Source of the DNA: a virus
IMG/VR virus record: IMGVR_UViG_3300027770_003399
Span: 1-64,000 of that record
Direction: 5' to 3' (one strand)
DNA: 64,000 bases
In this document: one piece after another, positions 31,761-40,580 of the stretch
Position numbering within the stretch: the stretch's first letter is position 1
Layout: each line of letters opens with the position of its first letter
Notes under the pieces: model-generated
Databases searched by the model: none
Told to the model about the DNA's origin: nothing
Seen by the model: the letters and a program-made list of their open reading frames with translations, nothing else
Made by a program: the position numbers and the translations under genes

Positions 31761-32114
31761 ATGACCATGACACTATCAAATTTTAATCAGAACCACTATA
31801 AGATGACGACCGGGTTTATTGAGGACGAACAGGGTCTTACCGGAGTCGTTGGAATGATTATATCTTTCGGAGTCTATGACGACTCCCATGATAGCAATGA
31901 AGAGTCATTTTCGTATGACGATGGTCTCGTGAAAAGGTATTACGAGATCGCTCCCTACTACTGTGTAGTAGATGAGAACGGGCCAGTCACTGATGATAAC
32001 GGTACTCTTAAAGTTTTCCCTATTCTTATCGGCGGATGGGGCCACCCGCCCACCGTAGCCTTGATCAGCCTGATCGAGCAAGAAATAGACCGAATGTTTT
32101 CCATCAACTACTAG
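31761..32114 (+). CDS. Hypothetical early protein
   Basis: First ORF after a repeat promoter. Confidence 0.55.
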   Translation: MTMTLSNFNQNHYKMTTGFIEDEQGLTGVVGMIISFGVYDDSHDSNEESFSYDDGLVKRYYEIAPYYCVVDENGPVTDDNGTLKVFPILIGGWGHPPTVALISLIEQEIDRMFSINY

Positions 32115-32378
32115 AAAGTTTACAATGTCCCTCCCGTATACCATTGCAATTGTTAAAAGTATCAACTCTAAAAAGAAATGAATAAAATGAAAAATCGAAG
32201 AAAAGTATCGAATTATGAGAAAGCCCAAGCCCTAATGGAAGAGGCCACCCGTATAGGTATGAACAAAAAGATAACCTATCAAAAATGCCTCTGCCCCATT
32301 TGTATCGAAGCTCGGAGCAAGCCCCACAGTGTTAAAGTTGTAATAGAGTCTTGAGTTTAGTATCAATAGAAAAAAGGT

Positions 32379-32588
32379 ATGTATATGAATATGTTTGAAG
32401 TTGTTGGGTATCTGGCGATTGTTTGGTTGCTCGGTTGTATAGTTTTCCTTCCGTGTTATGCTATCGTATGGTATTTTGTTAGTATGAAAAATAATAAGAT
32501 ACCGATGAGTAGTGATAGCGTGTGGGTTAATGGTGTTAATATTCACCATGATACCAATGGTAACATCTCTAGTTTTGCAAAAGATTAG
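32379..32588 (+). CDS. Small membrane protein
   Basis: MNMFEVVGYLAIVWLLGCIV hydrophobic start. Confidence 0.5.
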   Translation: MYMNMFEVVGYLAIVWLLGCIVFLPCYAIVWYFVSMKNNKIPMSSDSVWVNGVNIHHDTNGNISSFAKD

Positions 32589-32894
32589 ATATGCTACCTA
32601 CGGGGGGATAGTGTACAAATGCTACCCCCCTGAGATACTAGGTCTTAAACCCTTACAGCGTAAGGACTTACGACAAGCGGGGGCCCGCCCGAAAGTTGTA
32701 AGTTGTTTGGTAGCAACGACTTAGGGCGAATGACCAGTGCAAATACCGTGCCAAACTTTGTGTAAAAGATTTATTTTGTTTTGGCATGAGAAATTATTCC
32801 GAGAAATTTCTTTTTTAGCTATTGCAAAGGGTTAGAATAGTCGATATAATACTTAGAGAAGAAGAAAAGAAGAAAAAGAAAAAAGGAAAAGAAA

Positions 32895-33125
32895 ATGGAT
32901 ATGGATAAAGATAGCATCGAAATGGAACTTAAATACAGAGGGTATTCTCTCGTTCCCAGACTTGCGGGAAATGATCCTCACCTCAAAGCGGAGAATCTTA
33001 GGTGGAGAGTAACTTCCAATCATATCGATTGGGATTGGGATTTTAAGACTCTGGAAGAAGTGGTAGAGTTTATCGGTAAGGAAAAACAAATATTCAAACA
33101 GGTATGTCGCAGGTTATCAAAATAA
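32895..33125 (+). CDS. Hypothetical early protein
   Basis: First ORF after a repeat promoter. Confidence 0.55.
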   Translation: MDMDKDSIEMELKYRGYSLVPRLAGNDPHLKAENLRWRVTSNHIDWDWDFKTLEEVVEFIGKEKQIFKQVCRRLSK

Positions 33126-33130
33126 GGAGA

Positions 33131-33421
33131 ATGATTATGAATGATGGTATTGCAAAAAAGATGGGTGACCGGGGTTTCTTCCACATGATGGAAAAGATGA
33201 TGGTTAATGTTGATGGTGTTGTGCAAGAAGTTGTATGTCATGGTACATTTAACGATCAACTAATGTTAAGTTCATCCGATTGGTATGGTATCAAAATGGT
33301 TGATATTGATAAAATCAGATGTCGGCCTTATCATCCTAGCTTTGAGAGTATTGTTGATGGTGAGTCGGATCAAGACTATTACAACTATATCGACGCGATT
33401 GATCAGGCTTTTCGTGATTGA
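33131..33421 (+). CDS. GFFHM-family early protein, paralog 2
   Basis: AAGGAGA RBS; NDGIAKKMGDRGFFHMMEKMM...VVCHGTF. Confidence 0.7.
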   Translation: MIMNDGIAKKMGDRGFFHMMEKMMVNVDGVVQEVVCHGTFNDQLMLSSSDWYGIKMVDIDKIRCRPYHPSFESIVDGESDQDYYNYIDAIDQAFRD

Positions 33422-33758
33422 GCACAAACACTACCCCCTGTATGAGGGGGACACTCTTGTGGGGGGATAGTGTACAAACGCTACCCCCCTGAGACACTAG
33501 ATCTTAAACCCTTACAGCGTAAGGACTTACGATTTTGGGGCGGGCCCCCGCAAGCTGTAAGTTCTTTGATACCAACGACTTAGAGCAAGCGTCCAGAGCA
33601 AATGGTGTGCCAAACTTTGTACAAAAGATTTATTTTGTTTTGGCATGAGAAATTATTCCGATAAATTTCTTTTTAGCTATTGCAAAAGCTGAGAATGGAC
33701 GATATAGTGCTTAGAGAGTAACAAGAGAAGAAAACGAAAATAAGAAAAGAGAAAAAAG

Positions 33759-34163
33759 ATGACAAAGAACAACGACGGTCTTGCAAAAAAGTTCGGTGAT
33801 GTGGGTTTCTTCCACATGTTGGAAAGAATGATGGTCACGATTGAGGGCGAGAAAGAGCAGGTTGTGTGCCACGGCACGTTCGGAAGCCAGTTGCTTCTGA
33901 GTTCTCAAAAATGGGATGGAATCAAGATGGTCGATGTCGATAGCATTGTCTGTCGCCCTTTTCATCCGGTCTTCACCAGCATTATGCTGGGAGATCAAAG
34001 CAAGGAAAATCTTCTGGAATACTGGCATTGGGTCGGTCTGCCTCAAGACCATCTCTATGTCGATTGGGACGTGATGTATTTGAGCGAAATGGAAGCGATC
34101 TGTATGGACGGACTACAAGAGGAGGACTACCCTCTTAATTGCGAAGCTGATTGGGGGAAGTAA
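33759..34163 (+). CDS. GFFHM-family early protein, paralog 3
   Basis: NDGLAKKFGDVGFFHMLERMM...VVCHGTFG; its stop codon TAA is the first 3 nt of dyad A at 34161. Confidence 0.7.
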   Translation: MTKNNDGLAKKFGDVGFFHMLERMMVTIEGEKEQVVCHGTFGSQLLLSSQKWDGIKMVDVDSIVCRPFHPVFTSIMLGDQSKENLLEYWHWVGLPQDHLYVDWDVMYLSEMEAICMDGLQEEDYPLNCEADWGK

Positions 34164-34403
34164 ACCCTTACAGCGTAAGAACTTAGAGCAAGCAGGGGCC
34201 CGCCCGAAAGTTGTAAGTTGTTTGATACCAACGACTTAGAGCAAACGCCCAGAGCAAATACCGTGCCAAACTTTGTACAAAAGAATTATTTTTATTTGGC
34301 ATGAGAAATTATTCCGATAAATTTCTTTTTTCCTATTGCAAAAGAATAGAATGGTCGATATAATGCTTAGAGAAGAAGAAATCACCACAACGGAGAGAAA
34401 AAC

Positions 34404-34622
34404 ATGTCACATTACGAAAACGACGATTATGAGTGTGCAGACGATCCTTTTTGTCCTCCTGCTTTCCCCATCTCTGATGAGTCGGACTATATGCCCGGCT
34501 ATGATGACGGAGCATATGATGCTGACGAGGTTGACGAAGATGAGTCTGACTATATGCCCGGATGGGATGATGGCGAATGGGATGATCATGAGAGTCTGTG
34601 CGGCGAAGAGGATTTCGCCTAG
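34404..34622 (+). CDS. Very acidic small protein with a doubled ESDYMPG[YW]DDG motif
   Basis: Two copies of the motif also found in 29541-29759. Confidence 0.65.
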   Translation: MSHYENDDYECADDPFCPPAFPISDESDYMPGYDDGAYDADEVDEDESDYMPGWDDGEWDDHESLCGEEDFA

Positions 34623-34997
34623 TACCTGTGGGGGGATAGTGTACAAACGCTACCCCCCTATGAGGGTATGCCATTACCCAGGTATGCTTATAGTCTCACC
34701 AAATCCACGGAGATTGACTAAATTGGCTATAGTCAGCGAGAATCACCCCCCCACAACATACTAGATCTTAAACCCTTACCCCGTAAGGAGTTACGAAAAG
34801 CTTTCGCCCGCCCGAAAGTTGTAAGTTGTTTGGTAGCAACGACTTAGAGCAAGCGTCCTGTGCAAATACTGTGCCAAACTTTCTCAAAAGAATTATTTTA
34901 TTTGGCATGGTAAATTATTTCCCGAATTTCTTTTTTTCCTATTGCAAAATCATAGGATGGTCGATATAATCTTTAGAGAAAAGAAAAGAGAAAAAAG

Positions 34998-35333
34998 ATG
35001 AACAAGATGGTAAGAAAAGCGAAACGATTGGCTCGCAAATGTTTTCTAGGGATCGCTATTCCCACCCTTAAAAAATCAGTCGATGGTGGTTGGGTCGAGT
35101 GTGAAAAAGTTTGGAAGTTTAACCGAATTTCTTTATTGTCTCCACCTACCAAAAAGACGAGTAAAAAGCAACTGGTAAACCCAGCAGCAGACTTGGCCTT
35201 TGTAAAAGCTGGTCGTCCCGGAAGCAAGGAACGAATGGAATCATATAAGCTTCAATACGAAGCTATTGAGGAGAAAGATGAATATGGCATGACTATTATT
35301 CCTGAAGGAAATATGTCGTTGTTTGCTGAATAG
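34998..35333 (+). CDS. Hypothetical early protein
   Basis: First ORF after a repeat promoter. Confidence 0.6.
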   Translation: MNKMVRKAKRLARKCFLGIAIPTLKKSVDGGWVECEKVWKFNRISLLSPPTKKTSKKQLVNPAADLAFVKAGRPGSKERMESYKLQYEAIEEKDEYGMTIIPEGNMSLFAE

Positions 35334-35382
35334 GGTATTGACAAGAAAATAATTTAAGGTATAACGGAAACAAGGAGAAATT

Positions 35383-35679
35383 ATGATGACAAAAGATGAG
35401 CTAGTACAGGTTGAGAGCTATAATGGTTGGAAAAATTATGAGACTTGGAATGTTTCCCTCTGGATAGTGAATGATGAGAGGTACTATAACATTGCCAAAA
35501 AAACACGAGATTATACATATTTTTTATATGCTCTTGAGAGGGAGTATCATCTACAGCCCTCATGGCACTGCGGATTACCGAACGGGCTTATCAAGAACAC
35601 AACTCCTGACGGTGTTTCTTGGATCGACCGTAGAATTGATGTTGGTGCGATCAATAAGATGCTAGGAGAATTGGCATAA
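35383..35679 (+). CDS. Hypothetical phage protein
   Basis: YNGWKNYETWNVSLWIVNDE...TPDGVSW motif, recurrent in phage early genes; own TTGACA promoter at 35338 and AAGGAG RBS. Confidence 0.65.
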   Translation: MMTKDELVQVESYNGWKNYETWNVSLWIVNDERYYNIAKKTRDYTYFLYALEREYHLQPSWHCGLPNGLIKNTTPDGVSWIDRRIDVGAINKMLGELA

Positions 35680-36366
35680 TGACTTATAAAGAATTGCTCG
35701 ATAGGTTACAAGAACTTGATCAAGAAAAGTTAAGTGGGCCTGTTAAGGTGTGGAATGATAATGATAGTCAATATATGGAACTGTTGACTTTCAACGATAT
35801 AGAAGTTTTTTGGGCCAGTTTTCCGACCATATTTTAGGGGAAATAGTATGATGATGGAAGTATATCTAGGTATTGTTTTTGTAACGTCTTTAATTGGGGC
35901 GTTTGGTATTGGTGTTACTGGTACTCTCTTGTATGTTATTTATAAGGAGGATAAGATTGGATATTGATAATATTGAAAATCTTTATGAGATGGAAGATAG
36001 TCTCTATCGTAATGTTGAAATGGAATGTCCTGAATATCTGGTAGGTGATAACTTGTGTGATTATAATTCAGAAACAGACAGTTATCATTATAAGTATTGA
36101 TTTATTATACTACCACCCGTAAACCCTTTGGTCGTAAGAACTTAGGGCAAGCGGGGGCCCGCCCGGAAGTTGTAAGTTCTTTGGCAGCAACGACTTAGAG
36201 CGAATGCCCCGTGCAAATACTGTGCCAAACTTTGTACAAAAGATTTATTTTGTTTTGGCATGAGAAATTATTCCGAGAAATTTCTTTTTTAGCTATTGCA
36301 AAAGATTAGAAGTGTCGATATAATACATGGAGAAGAAGAAAACAAGAAAAGGAAAAGGAAAAGAAA

Positions 36367-36756
36367 ATGTACGATCTACAAAAAGCGGTCAGAGAAAAAG
36401 AGAGAGCAATGAAAGCACTAGAATATGCACAAAACGAATTCGAGATTTGTGAGGCTCAGTTGGAAAGTGTGCTAAAAGACATGAAGAAAAATTGGATAGC
36501 GGCGGAGAAAAAATGGGCGAGTAGTGTTCTGAATCTCGTAGAGGCTCGCAAAGCTGCCAGTGCTGCGGCTCTTGTGCGAAGCGTCGGAATCCCAATAGTA
36601 ACGTCTCAAAGCGTTAAAGATTGGCAGCAAGAGGTAATAGAAACTAGGAACGATGTTGCAAGAGAACACAATGCCTACCTATTGGCCTGCGAATGTGCGG
36701 GGGTTGTCCGAGAGGGCAAAATCAATGAGGGAACGGGTCTTGCTTTATTGTCCTGA
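36367..36756 (+). CDS. Hypothetical coiled-coil early protein
   Basis: First ORF after a repeat promoter. Confidence 0.6.
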   Translation: MYDLQKAVREKERAMKALEYAQNEFEICEAQLESVLKDMKKNWIAAEKKWASSVLNLVEARKAASAAALVRSVGIPIVTSQSVKDWQQEVIETRNDVAREHNAYLLACECAGVVREGKINEGTGLALLS

Positions 36757-36800
36757 GTCTAAAGAGTTGTAATTAAAGAAAAAGAAAAGAGAAAAAGAAA

Positions 36801-37208
36801 ATGAAACTAGAAACATACGAAGCAGCAATAGCAGCGATTGAGAAAACTCGAAACAAAGTATCCAAGAGAGTGTCGGCCAATACTACCCTCTACAAAATTG
36901 TGGCTGTGGATGGTACGGTAACTGTGGGAGTAAAACTCTATGATACATTTGTGGTCATCATGCACCCGGATCATTCGGTATTATTTTCGGGAGGTTATAA
37001 AACCAGCACTACAAAAAAGAGAATCAATAACTATAGCTTGTGTTCGATATTTCAAAAAGACTTTGAATGGTTTGTGAAAGATGGTACCCCTTTTGAGGAG
37101 GGGATCGTAGTAGATCGTGGGGGGGCATTGCTATCTTTGACTCCTCAGAGTTTAGAGTGTGCATCATTTATACTCCCGCCCCTAACTCCTTTGGTCATAG
37201 GAACTTAG
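36801..37208 (+). CDS. Hypothetical phage protein
   Basis: LFSGGYKTSTTKKRINNY motif; reads into dyad A of the next repeat. Confidence 0.6.
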   Translation: MKLETYEAAIAAIEKTRNKVSKRVSANTTLYKIVAVDGTVTVGVKLYDTFVVIMHPDHSVLFSGGYKTSTTKKRINNYSLCSIFQKDFEWFVKDGTPFEEGIVVDRGGALLSLTPQSLECASFILPPLTPLVIGT

Positions 37209-37322
37209 GGCAAGCGGGCCCCCGCCCGGAAGTTGTAAGTTGTTTGATACCAACGACTTAGAGCGAATACCCAGTGCAAATGGTGTGCCAAAAAAATATT
37301 TTAATAAATTTCTTTTTAGCTA

Positions 37323-37661
37323 TTGCAAAAGAATAGAAGAGACGATATAATACGTAGAGAAGAAGAAATCACACCACAGGGAGAGAAAAACGTGTTCAAT
37401 ACGCCATATGCTTTGTCGGATCGTACAACTCGGACGATTACCGCAGTGGACATGATCGAGTTTAGTGGGCTGTCCACTAGCGGTAGTAAATTCAAAATAG
37501 TCACTAAACTTGAGGATGCCCAGCGTTGGGTCAACGGAGAGTTCATTCAAAATTGTTTCCCTTATCTCAATGCTGATGAGCGTGAAATTCTGATGACGGG
37601 AATCGACGCTCAGACTTGGGAAACCATGTTAGTAGGAATGCAGGAGGAAGAGGAAGTATGA
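37323..37661 (+). CDS. Hypothetical protein (true start probably downstream of 37351)
   Basis: IQNCFPYLNADEREILMTGI motif; the track start lies inside the promoter. Confidence 0.55.
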   Translation: MQKNRRDDIIRREEEITPQGEKNVFNTPYALSDRTTRTITAVDMIEFSGLSTSGSKFKIVTKLEDAQRWVNGEFIQNCFPYLNADEREILMTGIDAQTWETMLVGMQEEEEV

Positions 37662-37710
37662 ATACCGATACCTAATTGCAAAAGAACAGAAGAGATGATA
37701 TAATACATAT

Positions 37711-37825
37711 ATTCCGGTACCATCCCGAATACGGGTGGTGGAGCGAATTAACGCCACGGCGCTACACCCGTGTCTTATCACTAATCAGGTAAGATCGCTG
37801 AATTAACAGCCGGACACCGCACACA
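37711..37825 (+). ncRNA. Candidate structured RNA leader of the LexA-like gene
   Basis: Promoter at 37676-37704; stems ACGGGTG/CACCCGT, GCG-AATTAA-CGC, TCTTA/TAAGA and GCTG-AATTAA-CAGC. Confidence 0.5.
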
Positions 37826-37849
37826 GAGGAAAAGAAAAAAGGAAAAAAA

Positions 37850-38482
37850 ATGAAACCGCTCACCGAACGACAAACTGCTATCTACGAATTCATTCGAGAG
37901 AAGATTCAGTCTCGCGGATATGGTCCGACCATCAGGGAAATCGGTGATGCTTTCCAAATTCATTCACTCAATGGAGTGATATGCCACCTAAAAGCTCTGG
38001 AGAAAAAGGGGTGGATTACACGTGGAAAGAAAATGTCAAGAGCAATCCAACTCCTTGGTGAGCCACCGATGGTATATACGACTCAGCATAAAGTTGCTGT
38101 TGCCATGATTGAATCGACGTATGAAGCCTATAAAGACTGGAAAAGTCATGATAAGGAATATTTGACCGACGAATTAAATAACTATAATGACAACATTCCA
38201 GTATGGCGAGATATGGATGATAACACCAAGTGCGCAGCGATTGAATACGTATACAACAAGCGTGATACTATTGAGCTTCATTCTGATATTGTTGAATCTT
38301 GGGTACAAGCAACAGCGTATTTTATGTTATATAATTTTTGTAGTGATATTACAAATGGAGAAGAGCCAGATTTGGAAATGTTTTTTGATGATCTGGATTT
38401 TATGTTGGACGAAGAAATTCTCAACGATAGTGATGTTCAAAAGATAATGGGAATAAGTTCAGATTTTACAAAAAAGTTCTAA
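37850..38482 (+). CDS. LexA-type N-terminal DNA-binding domain fused to an acidic unknown domain (no peptidase domain)
   Basis: LTERQTAIYEFI...GYGPTIREIGDAFQIHSLNGVICHLKALEKKGWITRGKKMSRAI is the LexA winged HTH; no Ala-Gly site or Ser/Lys dyad is recognisable. Confidence 0.8.
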   Translation: MKPLTERQTAIYEFIREKIQSRGYGPTIREIGDAFQIHSLNGVICHLKALEKKGWITRGKKMSRAIQLLGEPPMVYTTQHKVAVAMIESTYEAYKDWKSHDKEYLTDELNNYNDNIPVWRDMDDNTKCAAIEYVYNKRDTIELHSDIVESWVQATAYFMLYNFCSDITNGEEPDLEMFFDDLDFMLDEEILNDSDVQKIMGISSDFTKKF

Positions 38483-38689
38483 TGAAACTACGCTCCTCTT
38501 TCTTCTCTCCGTAAACCCTTTGATCGTAAGAACTTAGGGCGAGCGGGGGCCCGCCCGAAAGTTGTAAGTCCTTTGATAGCAACGACTTAGAGCAAACACC
38601 CAGAGCAAATACTGTGCCAAAAAAATATTTTAATAAATTTCTTTTTCCCTATTGCAAAAGAACAGAAGAGACGATATAATACATACATA

Positions 38690-38862
38690 GGCCAGTAACT
38701 GCGAGAGGGAAGCAGGGCGACGAGATTAAAAAATCTCTAAGGACCAGTGCCGTGGGCAGTTCCAGTATTGATGCTTTCGAGCAGGGAGAAATTTCCCTAG
38801 ATACTGATTATAGAACCGGATCGTAAATGGTTCGCTGGTAACAATACAACAGCCGGATACCG
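38690..38862 (+). ncRNA. Candidate multi-stem ncRNA expressed as its own cassette
   Basis: Directly after promoter 38652-38680, with no ORF; stems AACTGC/GCAGTT, GAGATT-aaaa-AATCTC, CAGTAT/ATACTG enclosing TGCT-TTCG-AGCA and GGGAG-aaat-TTCCC, and GAACC/GGTTC. Confidence 0.55.
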
Positions 38863-39045
38863 TTTAGTCTCACCAAATCCACGGGGATTGGCTAAATTGG
38901 CTATAGTCAGCGAGAATGCGGGGCCGTTTAGTCTCACCAAATCCACGGGGATTGGCTAAATTGGCTATAGTCAGCGAGAATGCGGGGCCGTTTAGTCTCA
39001 CCAAATCCACGGGGATTGGCTAAATTGGTTATAGTCAGCGAGAAT
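38861..39045. repeat. Three tandem near-identical 64-bp repeats
   Basis: CGTTTAGTCTCACCAAATCCACGGGGATTGGCTAAATTGGCTATAGTCAGCGAGAATGCGGGGC starting at 38861, 38925 and 38989 (last copy partial); a single copy at 34691-34744. Confidence 0.9.
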
Positions 39046-39218
39046 CCCCCCGAACATACTAGATCTTAAACCCTTACCACGTAAGGACTTACGAAAAGCT
39101 TTCGCCCGCCCGGAAGTTGTAAGTTCTTTGATACCAACGACTTAGGGCGAACTCGCTGTGCAAATACTGTGCCAAACTTTGTACAAAAGATTTTCACAAT
39201 AATTCATGCTAGAGCCTA

Positions 39219-39479
39219 TTGACAACCGATAATAGGTATGGTATAACGATGGAAAGAGAAAGAGGAGAAAGAATGTTCCCAACAAAATTTATGGATCACT
39301 CGGCCTACATGAAGAAGGTCAAACGAATGACTCAGGCTGAATTGGAATATACCATCAAAGATTGTAAAGAGGTATTGGCCGTGTGGGTTGACCACCCCAA
39401 TTGTGGGTACTATTCAGATGAGATATGTTACTGTTCGACGGAACTACACAGAAGGAAAGTAAAGGCCCAAAATGTATAA
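39219..39479 (+). CDS. Hypothetical protein (true start probably ~39249-39273)
   Basis: Follows promoter TTGACA-17-TATAAC at 39219-39247. Confidence 0.55.
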   Translation: MTTDNRYGITMERERGERMFPTKFMDHSAYMKKVKRMTQAELEYTIKDCKEVLAVWVDHPNCGYYSDEICYCSTELHRRKVKAQNV

Positions 39480-39864
39480 AGTAAGATTTCACCTCGGTGC
39501 TGGTAAACATTACAAGCATTGGCAGATTCGGTCGGAATGCGGAGTGTCGTATTACTGGCCTATCGAGGTTCAACTCTTTTTGTTTAACTGTGTGCTAAAA
39601 AGCAATAAGAAGAAAGCATACAAGGTATATGCTGAACAGGTGCGTGACGTGTGTGGTTGGGTCGAGTGTGACAATGTTAAAGTCGAAGATATGACTTTTG
39701 CATATGAGCCTATTACAGTGGAGGGATTGCCAAGGATCACATATGATCCGAAGGTAACGCCGTATTGGAAGATCGAGGGAGATAGCGATAATTATGAAAT
39801 GTTAAGAGTACAAAGAGTAGTATCAAATGGTAATAAATTATTTATGAGAGAGAGCTATGTATGA
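39472..39864 (+). CDS. Conserved hypothetical phage protein
   Basis: MYKVRFHLGAGKHYKHWQI...VCGWVEC...ITYDPKVTPYW. Confidence 0.6.
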   Translation: MYKVRFHLGAGKHYKHWQIRSECGVSYYWPIEVQLFLFNCVLKSNKKKAYKVYAEQVRDVCGWVECDNVKVEDMTFAYEPITVEGLPRITYDPKVTPYWKIEGDSDNYEMLRVQRVVSNGNKLFMRESYV

Positions 39865-39936
39865 TCCCGTAGCTCAAATGGATAGAGCAACAACCTTCTA
39901 AGTTGTGGGTTGCAAGTTCAAGTCTTGCCGGGGTTA
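39863..39936 (+). tRNA. tRNA-Arg(TCT)
   Basis: Acceptor GATCCCG/CGGGGTT, D arm GCTC/GAGC, anticodon arm ACAAC-CTTCTAA-GTTGT, T arm GCAAG-TTCAAGT-CTTGC; no encoded CCA. Confidence 0.9.
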
Positions 39937-39988
39937 TTGACAAAGTGTTTTTTTGTGGTAAAATGTCGTAGTGTTCTAAGTTGTTCGA

Positions 39989-40402
39989 TTGTTCAAAGGG
40001 AGAGTTTTTATGAGTAGTATGGAATTGGCTTATGTTGTTGGTGTTTTTAGTTTGACCTCTGGCCTTATTGGTGGGTTGGTCGCTATGTATCTGAATGGGA
40101 CTTATATTCCTCTGAAGGAAGCCCATCCCGGTGATGTTGTGAATTTTGTTTATCTCCAACCTGCTGCTGGACAACCCGAAAGGTATCTGGCTAAAGTTGT
40201 TGGAGTAAGTAAGTTGACGCAAGAACAAATTGCTCGACTTGATAAGAAAAGTTATTATCGATCTAAGGATGTTGCTTTCAAGAGAACAGAGCACCTTATC
40301 AAATGTGTTATGAAAGACGGTACGTTGAGAAATTTCTATGCGGAACGAACAGTAGATTGTAAAAAAGTCCCGTTCGGAGGAATTTTCCACAAAGTATCTT
40401 GA
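39989..40402 (+). CDS. Hypothetical membrane-anchored protein
   Basis: N-terminal hydrophobic helix; promoter TTGACA at 39937. Confidence 0.55.
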   Translation: MFKGRVFMSSMELAYVVGVFSLTSGLIGGLVAMYLNGTYIPLKEAHPGDVVNFVYLQPAAGQPERYLAKVVGVSKLTQEQIARLDKKSYYRSKDVAFKRTEHLIKCVMKDGTLRNFYAERTVDCKKVPFGGIFHKVS

Positions 40403-40580
40403 TACTCCCTGCCTCGCAAACCCTCTGTGCGTAAGCACTTAGGGCGAGCGGGCCCCCGCCCGGAAGTTGCAAGTTCTTATGGGGTAAGACTTTGCATCAT
40501 ATTATTTTTTCCTAAAGATTTCCTCTTGACAAGTCGATTTATATCGTATACAATAATCAGACACAAAGGGAGAAAATCTA

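Larger units (their letters stand above)
30020..38680 (+). promoter_or_regulatory. Eleven near-identical sigma70 early promoters TTGCAA-17-TATAAT
   Basis: -35 at 30020, 30606, 31691, 32822, 34336, 34942, 36296, 37323, 37676 and 38652 with TATAAT 17 nt later (one more near 33680 has TATAGT); conserved GTCGA/GACGA just before -10. Confidence 0.85.
28679..39175 (-). promoter_or_regulatory. Twelve sigma54-type -24/-12 elements on the minus strand
   Basis: TTGGCAC-N5-TTGCW on the minus strand at 28679, 29937, 30523, 31607, 32738, 33597, 34253, 34861, 36212, 37275, 38604 and 39159 (17 bp each), always 14 nt from dyad B. Confidence 0.7.

Noticed and set aside
28384-34764. Track ORFs made of repeat sequence (28384, 28529, 30225, 31429, 32512, 33711, 34333, 34336)
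   Set aside because: They translate the repeat itself (e.g. LRQAFARPKVVS) or overlap better-supported genes; probably spurious.
38690-38862. Hammerhead ribozyme or tRNA
   Set aside because: No CUGANGA/GAAA core and no T-loop or acceptor geometry.
38861-39045. CRISPR array (64-bp period)
   Set aside because: Units are near-identical along their whole length, so there are no unique spacers; the degenerate copies at 45.8-46.1 kb are also similar throughout; no cas genes are visible.
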